Source of the DNA: Salisapilia sapeloensis CBS 127946
Lineage: Eukaryota; Protista; Oomycota
DNA length: 64,000 nucleotides
Direction: 5' to 3'
Assembly (NCBI GenBank): GCA_023334545.1
Contig: JAADVB010000020.1
Location: 1-64,000, forward strand
Shown here: positions 23,401 through 34,574 of the stretch, in pieces
How positions within the stretch are numbered: the first letter of the stretch is position 1
Layout of the letters: the number at the start of each line of letters is the position of its first letter
Made by a program: the position numbers and the translations under genes
Notes under the pieces: generated by a model
Told to the model about the DNA's origin: nothing
Database searches by the model: none
What the model saw: only the letters and a program-made list of their open reading frames with translations

Positions 23401-26400
23401 AGCATATACCTCCAAGTAGCTGTCAACATCATCATTTGCCACAGTTTCGTTCTCATCCTGATCGACAGTAGGTAAAGCTACGTCTTCATCACTTTTGTTC
23501 ACACCTTCCTCATGCTCTAGATTTACGTCGTGGTTAATATACGCATGCACTTTCGCCAGTCCAACAGAAGCTACAAAGGGTACAAAATAAGTCAATGGTA
23601 CCAGTACAGACCGAATGCGTCGCTTACCTTTATTCACTTCCGCAGGAAAAGATCCCTCCACTCCTGTTTTGCTATACAGCACTGGTGCTAAAGGCACTTC
23701 CAAATGAGCGATTTGGCATTTTAAGTCGGTAGCAGAATCTGCTGCTAATAAGACAATAGTCATTGGTCGATGCTGCAAGCTATGGATCATATCTCCATGC
23801 ACTTTCATTCGGAAATGTTTTGCCTTCCTCAGCAAGCTCACATCTGCGTCTTTATCGTCTAGCGCGACTACGACTGGACCGAAAGTAGCACGCATCAACC
23901 AACGGTCCTCTTCTTGATACACGACTCCAAAGTGACTATTGCGTGCGTGAAGGTCTCCCGAGAGCAGCTCCGTTCCAATATTGACAGTACACTCGGCCAC
24001 CAGTTTCACCTGTCTATCTTTTAAGCCTCCTTCTAATAACCACTTATGAGATCCACAACCGCTCTCTTCATACGAAGATGTAGCGTCGAGTGCAGCCCTT
24101 AGCATTCGCTCAAGACCAGCGACACTTTGCACTTCCACTGAAATGATGATCCCTGCTTCAGTCAGGCTGCTTGCCTTGATCCTACTTGGGTCTGCATTTG
24201 GCATAGGCTTCTTAGAAGACGTTGCCGGTGCTTCTGACTCGGTTGATTCTTCTTTTCGAAGTGGCCGAATGCCAATGCGCAGAGGCAATGTACGGATAAA
24301 GTGACGGTCATTCTTCGTCCATGTGAGTTGCGTGTCAATGCCAAGATCAATGCACTGTTCGTCTTCTGTGCCTGAACGATATTCACTGACGTGATGCGAG
24401 CTTAAAACTACGTCGCGAAGCATTAAAATCCCACTTCCAACTTCACAGTCAACATCACATGGCTGATTTACAACCGGAATGACCTGGAAATGAATGCATG
24501 AAGAAGTGGAAAGCGAATGAGGTGAGGCCTTCTCGGTCGCACCGAACACATGAACGTGCTGGGAATTTAACATCTGATCATTCGCATCCCACCAAATTTC
24601 AAAAGGAGTATCTGCTGCTTCATCCTTTCCATTCGAATTACAAGTCCGTACATGCCCCTCCACTCGACATCCAATTAGGTTATCACTATAGTAGGTATCA
24701 GGGAATTGCTCACGAATCTCAAACGTCAGCTCGTGGCATGTATCTGAAAAAGCGTCCACATAATACACACTTTCCCCGCTACCTTCGCCTCTGTCTAGTG
24801 TATGCTCTTGAGTCTGATTGCCTTCTACCTTATCTTCCTTGTCGCTTTTCATCATACCCTGCTTGGACAGTTGTATTCGACAAAGAACTCCTCGGACGAT
24901 GCTCTGCAGTTTAACAATGGACTTCCATACAGGCTGGAATGCAATCAATTGCTCTGGAGTACCGACAGCAAGAACAACACGAAGATGACCTAGCTGATGA
25001 CCAGTAAACGGATTAATCACGGCATAACTATTGTCAGCTCCAACGTATGGAAGAGGCTGTAAAGCGACAGTATCAGGATCCTGAAGTGACGATTGGAACG
25101 ACTTGAGTGAAATCTTGACTAGTCCGAGGAGCAAAGGCTCTTTGCCGTCTTGCTCAATCCAAAGCTCGATGACCTGCTGAGACTTGCCTGCAATCTTAGC
25201 ACTCGTGCTGCTTCCCCATACACTAAACAGACTAAAATAGCCAATCGTTGCGCCAAATAGCATTCCTTTACGACATCTAGATATCGACAACTTCCGACGA
25301 ACACTGCGATTAGCGCTTTTCGTATGTGGCGATGATCGTGTAAACGCTGGTGGGATGAAAGCCACTCGTAGCTGCAACGACTGCTTCTTCGCGATATCTA
25401 CTCCACTATCTTCTGGAATTTGGAGACCAATAGCTTTCTCGATTAGCACTTCAAACTGGAGTTGCGAGTCATGTGAACGATAGTGGCGTCCAGAAGACAC
25501 GTCCGTCGTTTGGGAAAGAGACCGAGAGATAGACTCAGACCAAACTGGAGAAGAGCTGAGGGCTGATGAACGACCGTCGTGGCTATTTCCAGGAATATGA
25601 ATTGAAGGAGGGGCGTTTGATCCAGAGGCAAGTGACGACTGATCTTCGTCAATCCTTATTGCAGTCTCATCTTCTTCCTCATTAAAGTTGGAGAGAGGTA
25701 GTGTACAAAATTGAAAACTGACTTTCAGTACCCCGACACGCTTTGGAAAGAGTTTATGCTTTCGCCTTCGTATTGCACTAGCATTACCGGACTTGTTTGG
25801 TGTCAAGTCTTCAAGTGCGTATAAATCAATACGATGTAGATTTTCTGCGTACGATGAAGCGTTTTGCCGAATCTCTTCAATCCGCACGGAACCACATAAT
25901 GTCATATACCCTTGCAGTAGTTCTGGTCGTTTGCGCTTCCGCGGCGTTCTGCTCGCCTTTTCCTCGCACTTGCAATGACAGTAGAAGTGCAGTTTCCTTC
26001 TTAAACTCGTTTGCACCAAGGACTTCATGTCCCCGTCAAGTACAGGTGCAGCATTAGACATTTGAAGGGGTACAAGTCGTTTCCGTAAAGAAGATTGAAC
26101 GGATGCAACTGTCACTACGTCTGGAGCACGTTCAGATGCCTCATCATTGTGTTGTAAGACCGAATCTAGACTGTCGTGGGTGATGCTAATTCTAGTCGGA
26201 AGAAATCGCGTTGATAATGAAGCATCTCTTCGTTCTCGAATGTACTCCAAGATGGACTTACTGAGCTCTAGTGACTCAGCATGCACATCCAGAGCGTTGT
26301 ACACTGAATGAGCACCTTCTTGAGCGCTGTATTCGTTCGCCTCTGGTATGGAAGAACTCGCGACCTCACTCGCACCCGCTGCAATGGTCTGTTTCTTATC

Positions 26401-27581
26401 CTCTAATGCGCTTGTCATGCTTTTATATAGTGCTAATTCTGCATCTAGCTTCGCTGCATCTACCTCTGTCGTTGAACAGTCTTGTCCTTCATTATGAAGC
26501 TGCAGGGGGTTGTAATACACCTCTTTAGTACTTTTGGCCATTGCGCTTTCCATTGACATTTGCAACGATTTTCCTTTTTCCAAGATTCTGTCCAAGTTAC
26601 TGTTCCTAGTAGAGGTCGGTCGTTGAAAAGTTTCAGTATTCATATCTGACTGTTCTCTGCGAGAGTCCTGGATGGTCAAATCGGGTGACATTTGATATTC
26701 CGGTGACATGATGGGCAGACTAGATGCCTGTGGCTCCGAAAAATGGACGACAGGGAATTGTCTCTCGCTGCGATCGGAATATGCGTTGGAGGGTAGGGGA
26801 GCTGAATGATAAGGTGTTGGCTCTGGTGATCCCATCATTGCGATTGCCTTCCTTTCTAAATCCGGTTCACGAATTGTAGGTTTATCTTCCGTCATATTGC
26901 CCCACTCGACTGTTAAATTGATAGCGAGATATCCTGTTGTACAGGTTAGTGATGAAAGGATACGAAAGTAGTGATAAATAAGTATACCAATGGCATCTTG
27001 AGAAGTAGCGGATACATTTGATGGGTAGATATCGTACAAAGCGTTATTTACGCTTCTAAATAGATACTCTCCGTTTTGTGTTGTCAAAATCTGAGAAAAA
27101 GGAAGGACACATCGGCCATACTTTGTTTTGGAAGAAGCATCGATGACATCGAATACCACTTGTTTCTGTGCAAACAAATTGAGCGTAAATAGGTTATACC
27201 CAGACGAACAAGACCTGTATTTTGTACAAATTTAAGTGTACTACGTACCATATCACGCAAGTACTCGGCCAAAAGTTTGGGCGATGCACATATCGGATAG
27301 CAAATCCGTAGGCTATGCATGTCAAAACCTGCCAAAGTGGATGCTTTAGCATTTTTAGATGCATTCCTAATCGTCTCAGGACGAAATAAGCTTGCACCTC
27401 GCTCTTCCCCCCACCATTTCACTCGTACAAGCGACTGCTTTGGCAGAGTCGAGCCAACTTTCGCATCCACAGAGCTAAATGCCGCTTCTACCACTTGCGG
27501 AACAGAAAGCTTTATCCATCCCACACGTTTTCCATCAACTTTGGGTGGCAAAGAAGGACCTTCGAGCTCCTTATTGCTCAT
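20500..27581 (-). CDS. C2CD3: C2 domain-containing protein 3 (centriole distal end), multi-exon
   Basis: N-terminus SLPPKVDG..VRVKWWGE..YPICASPKLLAEYLRDM matches the C2CD3 N-terminal C2 domain; further C2-like segments; C-terminal DSETERIARIM motif as in C2CD3. ORFs 27084-27581, 23329-27177 and 20500-23304. Confidence 0.85.
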
Positions 27582-27651
27582 CGTGGAGCCCCCAAAGTCG
27601 GTCCCAGGCCTAATCTAACTTTATGTTTTGACATGTAGTCGTCCTTTTTAG

Positions 27652-27656
27652 CCAAT
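27652..27656 (+). promoter_or_regulatory. CCAAT box in the C2CD3/DZIP1 divergent spacer
   Basis: AGCCAATCA lies near the centre of the 139-bp head-to-head spacer. Confidence 0.4.
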
Positions 27657-27720
27657 CAACAGTCTGCAAAGTCAATCTTGAGACGTTGCAATCGACATCT
27701 TGTGGAAAAAACGAGTGTCC

Positions 27721-30700
27721 ATGGGCTCCGGCCGGTTCTGCTGGCGAGAGCGAACGCAAAAGGTTCAATGGCGATCACTACGCTCACTAGATTTACAACA
27801 GGTTGTCCAAAAAGGAACCCCAGCGACTTTAGAGCCGCATGCTCTTCATTTGACATTTGCTTGGCTCCCTGAGGCTCCGACCGAACTTGATGCCGTGACC
27901 GAACCGAGAGCGCTTGGATGGTTTGTTGCACGCGTGCTGCAGCTATCAATGGAGTATTTGCTATATCTTCGGTCTAGAGATGGAAATGTGTTACAATCTC
28001 TACGCAAAGAGCTCGAGTGGTGTGAAAGGTATGTTCTATTTGTTCCTATCGTCCTATCTTCTACCAAGTACTCAAGTTGTCATTATGTCATGTAGGGAAC
28101 GTAAGACGATGGAGAAACGGGCCGACAAGTGGAAACGTCGTTCTAAGACGGAAGAAGCTCGTGTGGAAAAACTCCACCAAGTAGTGCATAATGTCGCTCG
28201 TGTGCTTCAGTTAAAAGGAGCGACGCCAGGGGCTGTGGAGACAATTGAGGCTCTCCTATCAAATCTGTTGATAAAGTTTCCAAAGAAAACTACGGATGAG
28301 AATAGCGATATTAGTAATAACGGGCTAGACGATAAGGATGTACCTATCGACGACACAGTCCAGCAAGGACGACTATGTGGATATTGTGGGAAAATGTTTT
28401 CGACTGAGCATTTTCTACGACAGCACCTACAGCGACGTCATGAACATGAAATGAATAAAAGTGTAACTAAAGAGCCATCTACAGATGAGAACACTAAAGC
28501 AGACCTCGTGGAGAAAACGTCTGAAATACAGGAGAAAAAGGAGGTATCAGGTATCCAGGATCTTATCCAGCAGTTTGTATGTGTGCTTCAAACGCATGAA
28601 CAGACAATACAGACAACAGTGGAGGGAGAACGAGAGAAAATGATGGGCATGTATGAGCGCTTTGTGTCTGATAAAGAAGCTTTTTATAAACTTCAGAAGG
28701 AATGTGAAGAGCTTAAGGCAGAGAATAAAAGACTGGATGACGACCTATCGTCCTTGCGGACTCAGCATGAGAATGCATTAACGGAACTAGATCGTCTACG
28801 ACAGAAAATATCGAAAGCAGATGAAAATCAAGACATCGATACTATAAAAACAGATTTAGTAAAGACTGCATGGAGTCCACATGCAACAGCATATGAAGAG
28901 CAGGTAGAAAGTTTGATGAAGGAGCTGTTCGAATGCAAACAAGCACTTGAAAAGGAGCGAGAGGAAAGAAAAAAAGGTAATGATCAATACATGGAAGAGG
29001 TGGGACGAAGACAGGCAGTTGAATCAGAGCTTGAAAAAAGTACTGAGATTATTAAGTCGTTGGAAGAGAAGTTGGAAAATGAACGATGCAGTAAAAAGAA
29101 TTTGGTAGATGTAAAAGAAGATGAAACTCAGACGATAGCGATAGCTATGGATGAAACATCTACTCAAACCTCTGAAACGCAGACTCAATCGACAGCTAGC
29201 CAAACATTTAATGAAATGGTAGACATGGATTGTCAGACAGAGGCATTAAAGATGAAGGCTCAAATCACTCAGTACCCAGACGATGGAGGTTATGAAGTGA
29301 TTGACACTGCCGTAGGAACTTCCGGCCAACACCTTGCAGCTGTCATCGCTCAATCCGAGCTAGAGCAGGAGCATTATTCGACTGCAATCCTGGAATCTGT
29401 GCAATTAAGAGCTGAAAGGTGCATCATACAACCGCATCTAACTTTTCTTTTCTACTTTATGCCTACTTATGCGATAATCACATGTCTAGGTCTGGTCGAG
29501 TAAGTCGCATTCAAGATGAAGGTTCTGCTAAGCCCGAAAGTCTAACGTGGAGACCATACTTGCCCATGCGATTTAAACATCCGGAATCAGCATTAATTGA
29601 GCGTATGGAAACATGTTTTAAGCAACTTCATAGTATGGCTGGACGATACGGTATTTCAAGAGACGAGGCTCTACTTGAAGATGATCAGTTCCAAGTCGCA
29701 CAGCATGCACTCGAAGGACACTTGACAGTCCTACCTCTTGCTACGTTAAAGCAAATGATAACTTGTGATGCTATTGTGAATAATATTGTGCAGGAGCATT
29801 GGCATGCGAGTGAACGCATTCGTCAAGAAGCGCATGACAGGTTTAAAAACGATAAGCGCCAAGACATGCAGCAGATACAAACCTTGGTGCACCAAGCGAT
29901 GCATGTTGTTCTTAATAAAGACAGCAGCATGTCCGAAGAGGATAAGAAACCAACCGACGATGTGTCAGAAGTGCAAGAGATGAAAACACCAGAGCCTGTA
30001 CTCAATGTAGTGACAGAAGCTAAAGACGCTGAGAATTCATTGAATGAAAGTAAAGAGGAGGTGGAAGAGGATAAAGTCGCGCAGGATCTTTTAACAGCAG
30101 AGCTGTCACAAGCTGATCCGGATGTGCAACGAAATCAGTTGCCAGTAGTGTCGTCTAACACTGCCATACCAGGACATGCTATGGAAGATGAATCGGAAGA
30201 GGAGAAGGAGTCGTCTTCTGGACACCTCCAAGATGACAGTCTACACACTGAAGAAATGAAATACACTGAGGCAGAGATGAACGACAGCCAAGAAGATCCT
30301 GAAGATGACGAGATATGGGCGCCAACCTTACGAAATCCATCTGCCAATTCTTTGGATGTGAAGGATTCGCCTGTAGAGAATCCAAAGGAAATCTCTGATG
30401 CTATAGACAATGTAGTGGATATGATCGAGGAAAAGCAGGACATTCTTGTGGAAACATCTGAAGACGCGAATGCAATCCTGAGTCAAAAACCATTTAACAT
30501 ATCAATGCTACAGGTTGGAAATGAAGCAAGCGAGCAGGAAGAGGAGCTGGATACTCTTGGTCTTCCAACATTGGAAGTAAAAGTTAGTAATCGGACTTCT
30601 GAAGTCGACGTCGACGCCCGTGCTTGTTCCTCCATATCCGAACGTCAGATTGAGAGCAATGTCAACGTACGCACGTTGCTGTGTATGTGAAGTTTACATA

Positions 30701-31032
30701 TCTATTGAGCGTGATCATATCGTAGGTTGACAAACAACCGGATCTTCCGACGTTTTTGGATTTAACGTCACCAAAAAGTAGCGTTGCGTCCTCTGTACAC
30801 TTGGAAAGAGAAACCGAGTTGACACTCGTGACGACGTCAGTTAATTACTTGGGTACATATCTATCGATATTGTTCTATGCATTGACAAGTCTAGACGTTG
30901 CTTTTGGTAGACGAACAAGTACCACGAGAGGAGGAAAGCAAGATGGAGGAGCTAGTGCAACGGATCCATTACGACGCTATCACTGCTCTCAGCTTTGATG
31001 ACGCTGACATTGAAGAGATCGAGTTGGGATGA
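27721..31032 (+). CDS. DZIP1: DZIP1/Iguana-like ciliary protein (Dzip-like N domain, C2H2 finger, coiled coil), multi-exon
   Basis: FCWRERTQKVQWRSLRSLDLQQVV..LTFAWL..LQLSMEYLLY matches Dzip-like_N; CGYCGKMFSTEHFLRQHLQRRH is a C2H2 finger; long coiled coil follows. 3' exons inferred to TGA at 31030-31032. Confidence 0.8.
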
Positions 31033-31123
31033 TCGAACAAGACAGGCATATACATACGATTTTGGACTTTACGGAAAGCTTATAGCTGCTGTATTTGATC
31101 CATTTTTAGTCTTTTGATCTTCT

Positions 31124-32119
31124 TTACGCGGCCTTGACACCACCCATACCGCCTGCCTGTGCTACCAGCTCCTGCGTCTTCTTCTTGTACTCTTCATACT
31201 GTTTTTCGTCCGCTGGGATGCCACTTTCGCCCTTCTTGTAAAGCACAGCTAGATTATGACAGGCAGGCGCAAAGTTGGCGTCGCACGCTCGCTCGAGAAA
31301 CGTCTTTGCTTTGCCAACATCTTTCTTAATTGCACCGTCAGAGGTGCCTGCAAGGTACATAGAGGCGACTCGATTGCAACTATTCGCGTCATCCAAGTTG
31401 CAAGCACGTTCGTACATTTGGATGGCCTTGTTGGAGTCCTACTGACTCGTGTGAATCGTAGCTTAAGTGTAGTGGGCATGTGTACTCAGTACCTTTTGGC
31501 CACCAAGACCTTTGGCGGACATGAAACCTACGTGATGACAGCCTTGTGCATGCTTTCCTTCGCAAGATTTTTCTATTGTTTACATCGCCATGAATGATGC
31601 ATCGAAATGTCTTTCAGGGTGAAATAACAAACCGAATAGCTTGATCGCGTCCTCGTCACTCGCGTCAACACCCTTCCCAGCCACTATAGGTAACGATTGG
31701 ATTTCCATACCGTTCATATGTAACTACGAAGCGATGGGCGACGAATGCACGTACGTTTGAGTCGACCGAGATTGAAACAAGATGCTGGGTAGTTGTTCTT
31801 CTCGCAATTCAGCTTGTACATTGCGGCTGTGCATCATGCAATATCCACCTTGTCAGCGTCGATTCCTGGCTCTTTTGGAGCGTAAAGAAGTTTGAAGCTA
31901 CCTGCATCGACGTAATTCCTATCCACAACCGCCAACCACTCGGCGTAGCTATGGCATGCCATCGGATCGCCTTGGCCATCCTGACAATTCAGAAAGAACT
32001 CGTACGACCGTTCCTACGTGTTGTATTTGTTAACAGAAGTAGTAATAGGGATAGTATGTTTGTCCTACCTCCAATTGTTCGTTGATCCGATTCACTTCCT
32101 CTGCGTTACGCTGAGTCAT
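31124..32119 (-). CDS. COA7: Sel1-repeat protein, cytochrome c oxidase assembly factor 7-like, multi-exon
   Basis: Cys-rich Sel1 repeats (ACNLDDANSCNRVASMY, ACDANFAPACHNLAVLYKKG); upstream exons MTQRNAEEV..ERSYEFFLNC..MACHSYAEWLAVV. Confidence 0.7.
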
Positions 32120-32679
32120 CTTCGCTTCCGAGTCCTATTGCGTTCGTGCTGTAGTTTCTGTGGACCACACGGATCAGATGCTTTTCAACCCGTGACTGAG
32201 ATGAGACTCAGCGACTCATAAGCCTTCGGCGGTCATCATCAGGTCGCGACCATATAAATTCTTGTCGTCAAGTGCGGGTAAAAATCCACAAGCAGATCAT
32301 CCGAACACACACAAAAGGTGGACGTCACTATACAGTTTCCTTTCAGACCATATCTTTGATGTCGTGCAGTCCAATCAACTTTTTCGTATAATTTTTCTGG
32401 TGTCAGGTGCCACGTTTTCGATTCGTCTCGAAATACTTCGTGACTTCAAGGATTTGGCATTCTCTCCTCCATTTGGTCTTTCACCTGCCTAGGCACGAGG
32501 TAGAGAGGCACGAATAATTGATCCAAGTCCAAGAGTAGACATACCATTATCCCGACGTAGGTACACTTGCCACTGCATATACATATATCGAAAACACGAC
32601 GCTGGAAGAGCCAGTCGTGATCGAACGAAGAATCTCGACCCACCCATATTCCCATCAGCAAGCGCGCAAATCACCCCAG

Positions 32680-34302
32680 ATGAACGTGTCCTTGCCAATG
32701 CCAATCACCTCCGTGGGCACTACTAAGCAAGCGCCACGGATGCAGACACAGGCACAGCTATCGGCCGCAAGGCGCAGCATTAGCAAAGCGTCCAATGCCT
32801 CTGGCGCCCGGCGCTCGGACCGACGCCACAAGTCCATGGACGTGAACGTCGAATGGCGCGTCGCCGTCGATCCGCGGACCAAACGGCCGTACTACTACCA
32901 TCCAATTACTCGTGAAACGACATGGAGAAAGCCACAGCAACTTATTGATAAGGAAAAGCGTGAAAAAGTGGCATTCTTCTCCGCCATGGAACGGAACATT
33001 TTATCCAAACTACGTGCAGGCCATTGGTTCCGCTCATCACCGTCGGAAGATCTGGCTAGTCGCAACAGCGACGTCGGTCCTCGACCACCTACGGCGGAGG
33101 AGCTCGAGCTTAACAGCACCGAGATGATGGCATCCAAGAAGGTGGAAGAACCGGAATCTCCGGATTCTATCGATGAAGAACCACCTAACAACCCACATCG
33201 AATGCTATTCCGGACACTTTCGTCGTATGAGACGCCAGTGCTATACAACTCTAAGAAGGATGGCAAGGTCAGCTCTGTGCCGTCTCCGATCGAAGAGCGT
33301 GTGCGCATGGCGACACGTAGCTCTGCCTCAGATGTCTTGAACATGTCCGACGACACGCTTGAACGACGCAGCTTGGACGAGCGTCCGGTGGAAGAACCAA
33401 AGGCGCACTCGCGTGGACGATCAAACAGTACAGGTACCATCTTCGTACGCAACGGCACCATCAGTGCTCCACATCAGGAGAGCACTGTCCAATGCGTTGC
33501 GACTGTCCTTCGGGCGCACATGATGGAAGCGCTTGCGGAACCAGTGCAGCTAGCGCCAGAGTTTCACGTTTTCTGCCGATCCCTCCGTTCGTCCTCGAAC
33601 GAAATTCCGTCGCTCAAGCAGATCGCTGCTTTGATCAAACGCGTCTTTCAGAAGGCTCAGATGGAGTCCGAGTGTCTCATCATGAGTCTCGTGTACGTCG
33701 AGCGTTTGCTTCAGAACACGTCTGGTCGGCTCCAGCTGCGTGCATGTAACTGGCGTGCGATCCTCTTCTGCTCCATGATGATGGCGTCGAAAGTGTGGGA
33801 CGATCTAAGCATGAGCAACGCAGACTTTGCCAAGATCCTCCCGACTCTGCATCTTAAGGAGATCAACGACCTCGAAATGGCTTACTTGAGTGCTGTCGAG
33901 TACAACGTCCGTGTGTCTGCCGTGTCGTACGCCAAGTACTACTTCCACCTGCGCACGGTGAGCAACTCGATGGGTATGCTCGCAGCCTTTGATGAAAGCG
34001 CGCCATTGAACCTGGATGGTGCACGCAAGATGCAGGTGCTATCAGAAGAGTATGAGGAACGTTCCAAGCTCATGCCTGCGACACGTCGCCGCAGTGCCAC
34101 GATCGTCGCGACCACCTCTTCTGCACCCGGGTACAGCAAAGACGATTCGAGTATCCGTCGCTCGGACGTGGAAGCACGTAAGCGTGACTTTCTCGGATCG
34201 AAACCTTCTCCTGCTGCCACGTTGGAGCAGCTAGTGCGTATGCAAGTGCGCAGTGCAGGTGGTGCGACGTTTTCTCCTGTCCAACGCGCGTCTTTGGTGT
34301 AA
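32680..34302 (+). CDS. WW domain + cyclin Y-like (PHO80-type) cyclin
   Basis: EWRVAVDPRTKRPYYYHPITRETTWRKP is a WW domain; QMESECLIMSLVYVERLL..ASKVWDD..YAKYYFHLR is a cyclin Y box. Confidence 0.85.
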   Translation: MNVSLPMPITSVGTTKQAPRMQTQAQLSAARRSISKASNASGARRSDRRHKSMDVNVEWRVAVDPRTKRPYYYHPITRETTWRKPQQLIDKEKREKVAFFSAMERNILSKLRAGHWFRSSPSEDLASRNSDVGPRPPTAEELELNSTEMMASKKVEEPESPDSIDEEPPNNPHRMLFRTLSSYETPVLYNSKKDGKVSSVPSPIEERVRMATRSSASDVLNMSDDTLERRSLDERPVEEPKAHSRGRSNSTGTIFVRNGTISAPHQESTVQCVATVLRAHMMEALAEPVQLAPEFHVFCRSLRSSSNEIPSLKQIAALIKRVFQKAQMESECLIMSLVYVERLLQNTSGRLQLRACNWRAILFCSMMMASKVWDDLSMSNADFAKILPTLHLKEINDLEMAYLSAVEYNVRVSAVSYAKYYFHLRTVSNSMGMLAAFDESAPLNLDGARKMQVLSEEYEERSKLMPATRRRSATIVATTSSAPGYSKDDSSIRRSDVEARKRDFLGSKPSPAATLEQLVRMQVRSAGGATFSPVQRASLV

Positions 34303-34574
34303 GTCACCTTGATACGCTCGTGTCTACTTTGCGTTTCCATCGGAGCTTTTCTTTCGTCCATGTGTACGAGTGCAGTGGATTTGTTTTGTTTTTTTCTTTG
34401 TGATTTTGGAGGACCAGCAGTGGTGTGTTTGAGTGAATGAGTCGAATGTAGGAAAGGAGCGGACGTACGTGATGCAATCGAACAAGATGTAAAGTTGAGC
34501 TCCATGTCCGTTTCGAGTTTTTTTCTTGTTTATATAGTTTTCCATTCGTCTACAGGTAGCAGAATCCTTTCGGG

